64,000 nucleotides of DNA, from contig NW_005434649.1 of the NCBI RefSeq assembly GCF_000315625.1, forward strand, positions 1-64,000, given 5' to 3'. The position numbers were made by a program, and so were the translations under genes. The notes under the pieces were generated by a model. That model was not told the DNA's origin. It searched no databases and was given only the letters and a program-made list of their open reading frames with translations. Positions 36,496 through 47,230 of the stretch are shown here, piece after piece; the stretch's first letter is position 1; every line of letters starts with the position of its first letter. Source of the DNA: Guillardia theta CCMP2712 (Eukaryota; Protista; Cryptophyta).

Positions 36496-39400
36496 ATGCT
36501 GAGGGGAAGAGAGGATGAGGAGCTGAGGTTTCATGTCGTACACTCCCAGAGCAGAAGTTCGAAAAGGTGAATGTCACTATACGTTGAAGCAAAGCTTGTT
36601 GAATTCATGGCAGGAGGTTGGCTTTCGTTGGTTCCCTGGTTCTGATCGCCATGGCCGTTGGCCTTGTTGCTCTCTTAGCGAATGGAGGCATCAAGGTGAT
36701 ATCCTTTAGTGTGCGAATGTTGACAGAGACTTACTAGATTGCAGTCCATCCGTTCAGGAAAGCAGCGCATTGCGTTCATGGCCATGGCAAGGGCTTACAT
36801 CACTCAGAGATTGACGGTGGTGGATCCAACCACGTATTGTCTGGACAGCGAAGGGTACGCGAAGCCCACAGGAGGATCTATTTCACTATCCAGGGTGAAT
36901 GGGCTTGGTAATAAGGAAGAGTATTACTACCTCAGTGTGATGGGGGCGGTCGGCCACGAGCTTAGCGTCTACATCGAGGTTCGCGTCTCTTGGACGTCTG
37001 ACATGGACACTAAGCTGACGCCTCCAGGGATCTGACGGGTATCATCGAGACTGGAAGGGATACGGCAGTGTGTGGACTGGCCCTGTGCACGATGAAGATG
37101 CTCGCGGACATGGTATCGTCGACTACGTTCAGGTTGGCGGGATTGGTAGTTAGCGCTTCTATTGTGATGACGCTTGTTTTCAGGTCCAAGACATGCAGAC
37201 CGGCGAGCTGGCTTACTTCAGATTTCCCTGTGGTGATGGAGCTATTGATGCGAACGCACACAAGCCCTCCGAGGACGAGGTGCCTGCTGCCGCCTGCTTC
37301 GATGAGAACGGAGAAGGGTAACCCTTGCAATGTCCCTTCCGAACGACTCTGACCATGGACAGGTATCGAAAGTCTCCTGGAAGTTCGATCTCAGTCAGCA
37401 AGATCAATGGAATCAGCAGCCTTGATAAGTACTACTACCTCAGCATCATGGGCGAAGTTGGCCACAAGCTGACTGCCGTCCTCGAGGCACTTGAGTTCCG
37501 TTGGATTGCTGCTTTTTGACTGGCATATGCAGGGTGAAGATGGATATCATCGCCATTGGACTGGATATGGATCAATCTGGTCAGACAAAGTTCATCAGAA
37601 CAACGGAAAAAGTAAGAGGAACGTGAACCGCGATTTCTTGCAAGTGCAAGACGAGATGACTGGGGAGATCGCATACTTTGAATGGCCATGCAGAGCAAGT
37701 GAGGCAGGAAAATTAAGGACAGGGGATGGTCATGTTCGCACTTTTCCACCCCAGTGCCCCAGACAGTACACCGGGCTAGGATATTCGAAACAATCGTGCT
37801 TTGGAGCCAAGGCTTCAGAATCTTGCGCCCTTTGCATTGATGGAAATGGCTATTGCAAGCCTACAGGCGGAAGCATTTCTTTGTCCAAGGTGGAGGAGAC
37901 GTATGCTGAGATATAACGACATGACTATGAGCTGCAGATTGACGGCATAGGAGGGTTGAAAGATTACTACTTCCTTAGCATCATGGGAGCTGTTGGCCAT
38001 GAGCTCAAGGTCATCCTCCATGCCTCTGATGGCTATCAAAAGTATGAATCGGCTTCTGTATTACCTCCGCTCACTTTTCACTCAGGTCTTGGAGTTCATA
38101 TGGGAGCGTATGGTCTGACAAGATCCATCAACCTGGATCTGGTGGTCGCACTACCGATGCTGTTGACCACCTGCAAGTTCAAGATCAGGTCCTCTCTGAC
38201 CTCTCTACCTTGTAAAAATACTGATGCGTCTCAGGTCACGGGAGAGATTGCATTCTTCAAGTTTCCTTGTGAAGACGAGTACCCTAACCCGTTCACTCAC
38301 GGGACTGCACATGTGGATGTTGAGGCCATCCCAGCTCCTCCTGCACCCACGTCTTGCATCGACCCAGCTGGAAGCTTGACACCCTGTGAAACAGCAAACA
38401 GCATCGTCACAAATGTACAAGCACCTGCCGGACCTCCGGGCCTGCCAGGCCCCCAGGGACCCCCGGGAGAAGTGAAGATAAAAGTGATCCCCGGCCCCCC
38501 CGGGCCCCCAGGACCCCCGGGCCTCCCCGGTCAGAGCGGAGAGAAGGTTGTCATGGGTCCTCCTGGTCCCCCTGGACCTCCCGGAGCAGACGGCAGTGTA
38601 GTCGAGCAGTATGAGTCATCCTCTGCCCCTGCCCACGTCGAGGAATGTCAGTGGTCCTACTCCGGCGCTGACGGCCCTGGTGATGGCATCTTGTGTGAAA
38701 TGTCGCGTTCTGACCGTGATGACGTATGCAGAGCAATGGGGAAACATCTGCGATGCCAAGTATGCAGTGTGCAAGGATGGCAAGAAGCAATCTCCCATCA
38801 ATGTGGTGTCAGCAGACCTCATCTCCAAGGCTGGTACCGACACGCTCGGATGGAACATCCCGGTCGACAGCTACGACAAATACGTGAAGGGGTAGAAGGC
38901 CACTCTCCAGCTCTGCCTTCCCTTGACACGCTCTTGTGCAGGTGCAAGGCAAGTGACGTCGATGGCCTCGAGTTCTTCAACGGACACACTTTCGAGGTCA
39001 AGCATGTGGCAGCGACCATGCAGTTCCAGGGGATCCTATACAAGTTGAGCCAGGTCCTTTGGCAGCTCGCCTCTTTGACCTGCTATCTCCTCCCTCCTCT
39101 GTTTCTTCCCTGCCTCTTTCCTCTCTCGGAACTGACAGGCTTGCAGTTTCACATCCACACACCATCGGAGCACACCATCGATGGGGAGCATTACGACATG
39201 GAAATTCACTTCGTGCACAAGACTGATGACCCCAAGGCAAAGAGCAAGGTGAGACCCAAGGGAGCCTCTGCAACCCGCCTGACAGGTCGACAGATCATGG
39301 TCGTTAGCGCTTTCTTCAAGGCGGAAAATGGGCAGGGCAGCCCCAACTTCATCAGGCAACTCACTGCGGTGGTTCCAAGGTGATGCTCCTCCTCCCTACC

Positions 39401-39895
39401 TGATCTTCTGTCCTCCTCTTCCCCTCCAGTACACTCCTCTCCATCTCCTACTCTCGTCATCCCCTCTCCCCTCTCTCCCCTTCCCTTCTGATCCTCTCTT
39501 CTCCTGATCCTCCCTGCTCCTGACCTCGCATTCTGCTCTCAGGCTGTCCAGCGAACCGGAGATGCTGCTTCCCATCGACTTCGCTGACATCTCCCAGACC
39601 GTGATGATAGGATCGCTGACTCACAGAGGAGCCGATGCCTTCTCCTTCGTCCCCAACTTCAAGAACTACCTCACCTACTCGGGGTCCTTTACGACTCCTC
39701 CTTGTTCAGGTTTGAGCATGTCACTGCTCGTGCTGTCTCCCCTGATTTCTCCATGCAGAGGGCGTGCAGTGGGTCCTGCTGAGGAATCCTATCTACGTCT
39801 ATTCCAAGGACTTGCAGGTGATCCGGAGCCTGGAAGGAGCAAATGCTCGCCCTGCACAGCCGCTCAATGGCCGTCATGTGTATTCTTCCGTATGA
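36496..39895 (+). CDS. Membrane-anchored alpha-carbonic anhydrase with three ~100-aa N-terminal repeats and a collagen-like linker
   Basis: Signal anchor [21 protein letters not shown]; GPP repeats; [44 protein letters not shown] (three Zn His), [27 protein letters not shown]. Confidence 0.88.
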
Positions 39896-40244
39896 TGATA
39901 ATGATGAGAAGTTTTATTTTTCCTTTTTGTGCTTCAATAGATCGCTCTGTGTACTCAACTCTCTCCAACTGCTAGTCGTCAGGAAGCTCTTCTGCTTCCC
40001 CTCTCCCTCTCACTCCCTGATACTCCCCTCTTCCCCTCCACCTCTCTCCTGCTCGTCATCCTCGTCATCCTCGCTTCTCCCCACTCATCTCTCTCCGGAA
40101 AATCCACCTGATTTTAATTTTAACAAGTGGCGATGAGTCCCAGGTGGGTGGGGTGGTATGAAGGTACAAGATGGGGTGGGGTAACACGAATCGGAAAGTT
40201 GCGCCCGGTGATGGCAGTGTCAGACACGAGAGAGGATGGCTCTC

Positions 40245-40834
40245 ACTGAGATGATGGAGAAGACAGGAGGACGGTCTTACTGAGATGATGGAGAAGACAG
40301 GAGGACGGTCTTACTGAGATGATGGAGAAGACAGGAGGACGGTCTTACTGAGATGATGGAGAAGACAGGAGGACGGTCTTACTGAGATGATGGAGAAGAC
40401 AGGAGGACGGTCTTACTGAGATGATGGAGAAGACAGGAGGACGGTCTTACTGATATGATGGAGAAGACAGGAGGACGGTCTTACTGAGATGATGGAGAAG
40501 ACAGGAGGACGGTCTTACTGAGATGATGGAGAAGACAGGAGGACGGTCTTACTGAGATGATGGAGAAGACAGGAGGACGGTCTTACTGAGATGATGGAGA
40601 AGACAGGAGGACGGTCTTACTGATATGATGGAGAAGACAGGAGGACGGTCTTACTGAGATGATGGAGAAGACAGGAGGACGGTCTTACTGAGATGATGGA
40701 GAAGACAGGAGGACGGTCTTACTGAGATGATGGAGAAGACAGGAGGACGGTCTTACTGAGATGATGGAGAAGACAGGAGGACGGTCTTACTGAGATGATG
40801 GAGAAGACAGGAGGACGGTCTTACTGAGATGATG
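40245..40834 (+). repeat. 34-bp tandem repeat x17, each unit a complete mini-ORF (MMEKTGGRSY*)
   Basis: Unit ATGATGGAGAAGACAGGAGGACGGTCTTACTGAG; period 34 from 40245 to 40823. Confidence 0.95.
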
Positions 40835-41440
40835 AGGAATATTGGTCTCAAGCTCATTGCCTCTGTTTGCTCTCTCACACTCCTCGCCTTGTCCACGACT
40901 GTCAACGCGAGGAGGCCAGACAAGAAGCGGCAATGCGGGACCATGGATATGCGTAGCTCGCTAACGAAGCATTGCTTTCCTGAGGACGGGCTGTCGCACT
41001 CCGTCTGTTGTGTGGACATCAGGTTGCCGGGCAGCCAGCGGTACTTCACGCACCTGGAGCATGACATCTACCTCTCCTCCAAGTCGTCTTCTTACAGCTG
41101 GTGCACCTGCTCTGTTGACATCTGTCATGAGCTTGCTGGGCGAGTGGCTTGGATCTACCAGCCTTCAGAAGCAGGGCGAGCGAGCGAAGGGGGCAGGCAG
41201 TCCAAGTACGTCAAGTACAGCATGAAAGCCGTGAAGGAGCAGAGGCGAGACGTCAGCCGAAACTCCTTCGAAGCTCTGCAGGACCAGGCAGACTCCTGCG
41301 CGCCGGTGGAGGGGGGGGGCACCTCCAATAGCAGCAGCTGGATAGAGTTCATGACTGACAGCCCCGCTGTAGGAGGGACAGCGAGAGAAGACAAGGAGAC
41401 GCGAGGCGAAGGAAAGAGAGGAATCATGGTAATGCCGTGA
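40829..41440 (+). CDS. Putative secreted Cys-rich hypothetical protein
   Basis: Signal peptide LKLIASVCSLTLLALSTTVNA; Cys cluster HC..HSVCC..SWCTCSVDIC. Confidence 0.6.
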   Translation: MMRNIGLKLIASVCSLTLLALSTTVNARRPDKKRQCGTMDMRSSLTKHCFPEDGLSHSVCCVDIRLPGSQRYFTHLEHDIYLSSKSSSYSWCTCSVDICHELAGRVAWIYQPSEAGRASEGGRQSKYVKYSMKAVKEQRRDVSRNSFEALQDQADSCAPVEGGGTSNSSSWIEFMTDSPAVGGTAREDKETRGEGKRGIMVMP

Positions 41441-41668
41441 CTTGTCTTGAGATGACCTTGACCCGACTCGTCTTCCGTCCTCTATTGTCGGCAGCAACAA
41501 CTGAAGAAGATCAAGAAGACCCAGAAGAGAAGAAAGGCAAAGAAGAAACGAAAGAAACGCTAGGACAGGTGGGCTCTTGACCTTGAATCACGTCATATCT
41601 TCATCTACCAGGTGATTTCATTGCTGCTCATCTCCCCTCTACTCACGAGGCACAGATGGTAATTTATC

Positions 41669-43227
41669 CTATCCCTGCAAAAATCGCGATGGAGCCTTCC
41701 TAGCCTTCCTGAACGCGGTGCAGAATTTCTCAAAGGATTGATCGGCAATGGATTGGCGGACAGATTCCATGAAGATCAAGAGGCAGTGTTGGTTGTGACA
41801 GCTTAGAAACACCTGTTGAGATGTCATGCGGTGCTTGACAGAGAAAAACGGTCTCGCCTCTGCTAGCATCTCGTTTGTCTTCAGCAGGTGGTGGATGTAA
41901 GCTCGTGAGTACTTGGCGCATGCAAAACAAGAGCAACCCTGAGAATTCAATTAGAAAGTCAAACAGAGAAACACCAAAAAAACTCTGAGAGTACAAAGTC
42001 GGGCAACAAAACATCCATCACATCCAGTGGGCCATCAAGGACCAACCTTGGTTATGGGATCTGTGTTCTTGCAGTAGTCTGTATCCCACAGATTGATCTT
42101 GCCATTCATCAGGGAGCTTTCAGCCTCCATCTCTTCTTCGTCTGCGTACTTCATGATCCCTGACAACAAGTCAGGACAAGTGCTGGCCACTTGGCTGATC
42201 ACCCTCATAGGAAACCGGAAAACTGATGGCCAACCCCTGTGAGCTGAGAAACCAAGGGTACGCTGACTCCAGCACGTCCATCCCCATCTTCACGCTCCAA
42301 AGAATCTTGCAGGCCCTCATGAACAATCACAGGAGGCAGAGAATATTCTCACCTCGTCGGGCGATCCCAGCCCTGACATCATCCTAGGCTTGTGCTGGTC
42401 AAGATGCTCTAGCGACATCCGCACAAAAGCCTCCCGCTCCTCTTCGCTCTCCCCCGTTCCGAAGCCGGTGAAGGCATACCCCCCAACCTCTCTCTTCGCC
42501 AGCTCTAGTCGCACCATAAGAGTCAGGAAGGATCAGATGTCATGTTTCCCACCTCTTGCGTATCTTTCTCGTTCTCGGTGGCTAGTGCCTCCAACAACAG
42601 CAGCAAATATTGTCACACTCTCCGCTACATTTCCTCCTTTCCTCTCCGCCAGGTATTCATCCAGCCACTTCAGCGTACGGTCGACGCTTTTCTTGATGCG
42701 CTTGTCTGAATTTTCCATCTAGCAAGGAATGTAAGACCTCCTGCAAGAAGGAAGCCTTCGTTCACCTGCACCTCGTCTACAAGAGACACAGCAATGTCCG
42801 GTTGCATGGCGGACAGTAACTTGATGTAGTCCTCATTCGCAACCTTCTTCTGCCCTGCTGAAGTCTGTAGCGTTACCCAGGTGTCCGATGACGGCATGCC
42901 AAACTGCTGATTCACCGCATCCTTGTTTCCTACGACTATCATTTCTTTCTGGTCCTGCAGACCACAAAACTCTCGCACTCCCCGAAAGGACGACAGGACG
43001 CCGCTGCCAGGATCGTCGTAGAAGTCAGCAGCAGACATGAAAAAGGCGAAGGTGGAGGGACTGGCTCCTGACTGATACAAGGATTTGACCTCTCGGGGGG
43101 TAAGAGGAGGAGGAAACCCTCGCCGTGTGTACAGCAGTACTGCAGGCGTGTTGAGACTTGCTTTAATCCTTCCCAAACGCGCATGGCCGTCGGTAGCCAG
43201 AAGGTCAAAATCAGCGGAAGTCGCCAT
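41669..43227 (-). CDS. QTRT2: Queuine tRNA-ribosyltransferase family, probably accessory subunit
   Basis: ARLGRI..TPAVLLYTRRG, KKSVDRTLKWLD, KPRMMSGLGSPDE and Zn site GCSCFAC..YSRAYIHHLL..EMLA..HN. The catalytic-subunit DSGGFQ motif was not seen. Confidence 0.8.
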
Positions 43228-44287
43228 GGTTGGTTGTTGAGTTGCCACAGCTAAAATTTGAAAGAAGGGAAGAAAAACTGCGAGTGAGATGCGTTGAAGA
43301 CGGAAAATGCTGGCTTCAGTGCGCGAGGCACTCAAGGCGAGAATGGCAGCGACGGTGACGAGAAGGAGGAGAAGGGCGAACTGGAAGAGGAAGGAGAGAG
43401 GAAGGAGAGAGGAAGGACCAGAGGGAAAGAGGTGCTAGAGTCTGTTGTTGCTGATAGCTGAGCGAAGAGGAACAGGTTTTTAAAGATCCGTCCTCCCCAT
43501 TCCTGCCAGACGGGAGGAAAGGTTTTTACTCAAATTACTACCCCCGGTCCTCCTCAGAGTCATCTGCGCGCGCCTCTAACAGTACCGTACGGTCAGTGAA
43601 CTTTACTCAAGGTTAAGTTAAAAAATATCAGGCCCCGGAGGCGAGAGCGAGGAGGCTTGACCCTGACACTGTCGCACAGGCCAAACGGCGAGAAGAGAAA
43701 AGACAGCGAGAACCAAACCTATTCCTGCCGACGGTCGGACGGCTGTCCGATCCCCGGGCCCCAGGAATCATTGAATGAGACGCATACCGAAATGCCCCCG
43801 CGATGATGGCAGCGTAGGGCAGGGAGGGACCGTGACTGACGCCGGTTGCGCCGAGTCGGACTACGGGGGCCCGGCCGCCGCGCGGCCCGGCCCCGCCGGG
43901 CCGTTCCGAAGTTCGGCCCGGGGCACGGCCGCTGACTCTAAGTCGGAGGCTCCGACTCTCAGTGATTGAGTCACTGGGTGTCGGTGTTTCCGGACTTGTC
44001 CACAAGACTGCCATCGATCATCGGATGCCGCACTGCACTGCCGCATGCTTCAACGCGCAGGCTTTCTTCTTTGTCAAGAAGAAGACTTCAAGTCCGGAAC
44101 CGTGAAACGGTTGGCGATGGTCTTTCTCCCCTTCATGTCACGCCCGGGGGCCCAAAAAGTTGTAAACGTCACTCAGGCTCCAGTGAATGCTGGTTGAAGG
44201 GATCCCCTCTGGATCCGACACAAAGGTGTAGTACAGTATTGTTTACTTTACAAGCGATGCTAGACTAAGGTGGCATGGAGCATGCCA

Positions 44288-44863
44288 TCAAGACAGAACG
44301 GACCCTTCTAGCTGACGAGGTGCCTGCTCTTTTGTATGCTGCTTGGACAGCGCCTTCCCCTCGTCTTTCCTCCTCCGCTCCTCCTGTATGCTCCGAGTGA
44401 TGGCCCATCGCTCCGTCACGTTCAAGCTTCTCGCCTCCGCCGACGACAGTACCTGGAGCGCGTTGTCGGGCTTGAGTATCTTGCTGATGGCTGCCCGGCT
44501 CTTCCCGTAGGCTCTGGCGATGGTCCACTGGTTGAAGGAGCGCCTGCCCTTAGTCGAGCAGGGCGACTGGTAGTAGAGCCGGATTATGTCGATCTTCTCT
44601 TGCGTGTCCAGCCGGGGCTTGCCCGCGCAGGCAAGGCTGTGCTTCTCCCTCGCGTCGGGGCTCCACCGGCGGCTCGATCGCTTCTCAGCGCTGAGCTCTT
44701 GCGGGAGGATGACGTCGCAGTCTGCAAGGGAGGGGTCAAGATCAGGCTCAGACAGGGAAGAGAGCAGGTCGACAGAGTAGTCGAGACAGAAAATGCAGGA
44801 GCTGCCTTGGTCGTCAACGGCGGGGTTACTGCATCGAGGGCAGAAGGGTCCAAGGAGGTCCAT
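44288..44863 (-). CDS. Small HTH (CENP-B N-terminal/psq-like) DNA-binding protein, copy 1
   Basis: RLDTQEKIDIIRLY..NQWTIARAYGKSRAAISKILK. Confidence 0.6.
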   Translation of the reverse strand: MDLLGPFCPRCSNPAVDDQGSSCIFCLDYSVDLLSSLSEPDLDPSLADCDVILPQELSAEKRSSRRWSPDAREKHSLACAGKPRLDTQEKIDIIRLYYQSPCSTKGRRSFNQWTIARAYGKSRAAISKILKPDNALQVLSSAEARSLNVTERWAITRSIQEERRRKDEGKALSKQHTKEQAPRQLEGSVLS

Positions 44864-45747
44864 GAGGGCACGAGAACGGATGATGGAAGGAGGGGAGCGA
44901 GGAGGGAGGGAGGGAGGGAGGGATAGCTGTTTTTAAAAGAGGGATAGGGGGGGGGGGGTAGGGATAACATAGCTAGGTCACATGGGGAATAGAGGGAACC
45001 TCCGCTGCACCCTTTCACCCCACTTTCACCAAGAAAGGCATCGATATATTGGGGGGTGGGGGTGAGTACTTTCGACTACAAAAAATGACCAGAAACCCCA
45101 AGTGAACTTACATGGGACTTGGACAGTGCCAACTTATATTAAAATGTATTATATATGTTATAATATATAAAAATATATAAACTTAAGTTTAACAAATATA
45201 TAAAATATATATCTCATGGGAAACCAGGTGGCCTGATCATTCTCGTCGTGTTCAGAGAAGAGTTGAAATCTTGCTCATCATCAGGGATGACACACTAGTA
45301 CTGGGGATAGGCTGTATGCGTGTACAAATGATGAGTAGCTTTAAGTAGAGAAGAAGCAAAGCTGACGACAATCGTTATCCGATCCTTGAAACTCCCACTA
45401 CGCTATCACCGTCGGTCGGGCCATACCGCGCAGGCAGGGCCCGTGGCCCGCTGAGGCCCCGAGTGCCCTCAAGGACGATGAATGTCTCCGTCCGAGGTGA
45501 AGAGGAAAGGTCTTACGGCGCCGTATGTCGCCAGCCTGTAGGAGCAGGGCAGTCATATAGGCCAGCCTGAGTGAGACCGCCCCGGGCTCACGATTTGTCG
45601 GATCATCGCCGATCATTGATGATAATCAGATGTCGATGTCGGACTCTCAGAGCCTTGAGGGGCAAACGCCGTAGCATGACACATCAGTCGGCGTGATCAA
45701 AGCAGTATCAACTAGTAGAGTCAGCAGCCTTGTACACCGTCAGCACG

Positions 45748-46290
45748 CTATGGCTCGTCTGTATGCTGCTTGGACAGCGCCTTCCCCTCGTCCTTCCTCC
45801 TCCGCTCCTCCTGTATGCTCCGAGTGATGGCCCATCGCTCCGTCACGTTCAAGCTTCTCGCCTCCGCCGACGACAGTACCTGGAGCGCGTTGTCGGGCTT
45901 GAGTATCTTGCTGATGGCTGCCCGGCTCTTCCCGTAGGCTCTGGCGATGGTCCACTGGTTGAAGGAGCGCCTGCCCTTAGTCGAGCAGGGCGACTGGTAG
46001 TAGAGCCGGATTATGTCGATCTTCTCTTGCGTGTCCAGCCGGGGCTTGCCCGCGCAGGCAAGGCTGTGCTTCTCCCTCGCGTCGGGGCTCCACCGGCGGC
46101 TCGATCGCTTCTCAGCGCTGAGCTCTTGCGGGAGGATGACGTCGCAGTCTGCAAGGGAGGGGTCGAGATCAGGCTCAGACAGGGAAGAGAGCAGGTCGAC
46201 AGAGTAGTCGAGACAGAAAATGCAGGAGCTGCCTTGGTCGTCAACGGCGGGGTTACTGCATCGAGGGCAGAAGGGTCCAAGGAGGTCCAT
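45748..46290 (-). CDS. Small HTH (CENP-B N-terminal/psq-like) DNA-binding protein, copy 2
   Basis: Near-identical duplicate (offset 1427 bp) with a different C-terminus. Confidence 0.6.
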   Translation of the reverse strand: MDLLGPFCPRCSNPAVDDQGSSCIFCLDYSVDLLSSLSEPDLDPSLADCDVILPQELSAEKRSSRRWSPDAREKHSLACAGKPRLDTQEKIDIIRLYYQSPCSTKGRRSFNQWTIARAYGKSRAAISKILKPDNALQVLSSAEARSLNVTERWAITRSIQEERRRKDEGKALSKQHTDEP

Positions 46291-47230
46291 GAGGGCACGA
46301 GAACGGATGATGGAAGGAGGGGAGCGAGGAGGGAGGGAGGGAGGGAGGGATAGCTGTTTTTAAAAGAGGGATAGGGGGGGGGGGTAGGGATAACATAGCT
46401 AGGTCACATGGGGAATAGGCAGTGTGATAATAATGAACCTCCGCTGCACCCTTTCACCCCACTTTCACCAAGAAAGGCATCGATATATTGGGGGGTGGGG
46501 GTGAGTACTTTCGACTAGTAAAATGACCAGTAAAGGTCTCGTAGTTATATATATTTAATATTTATATATATATTAAAATATAGATGTTTGAATAAGTTGA
46601 AAATCTTGGTAGTGTGTTTATAATGTGTTTATATCTGATGAGCAGCTTTATTAGATGAACTCTACTTCAGCCCAGCAGTCTTGATTGTCTTCGTACTGGT
46701 TTTTAACTCCCGTAGTGGCCCGGCCCGGCCGGAGGGGGGGGGAGGTGGCCGCTCTATCCGAACGGCCGGGCGGCTGCGCGGCGGGCCGTCCGAGGGGCCG
46801 AGTGACCGGGCGGCCGCCCGCGGCGGCGAGTCCGGGCCGGTACTGAGTGACTCGGATCGGAAACTTGAAAATTGTGTCGCCGGGATACTAGTGACTCTCC
46901 TGCCGCCCACCCCCGGGCCCCCTACCTCATCGAGCTGTCAAATTTGACCACAAGTACCCCTCCATTCGATTATCCACGTACCCCATGTGCATAGACTCAA
47001 TGAGGACCCTACCCCCTTCGAAAACCCAACCGCCTGGGTTATCAGAGCTCGCCATGGGGAGTGGGTTCGAATGGTGAGAGGAGGGGACGTAGAAGAAGAG
47101 AGCTAGAGAGGACAGGGAGTGAACAGGAACTGAGATATGAGTATATGAGGAAGCGCTCGCACAAGATGGACTCTTAGGATGACGTGGTCAGCAGGTTGTC
47201 AAGCCTATGTCGTTGATGTGAGACAAGACA

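Noticed and set aside
40245-40834. CRISPR-like 34-bp repeats
   Set aside because: No spacers; it is a pure tandem array.
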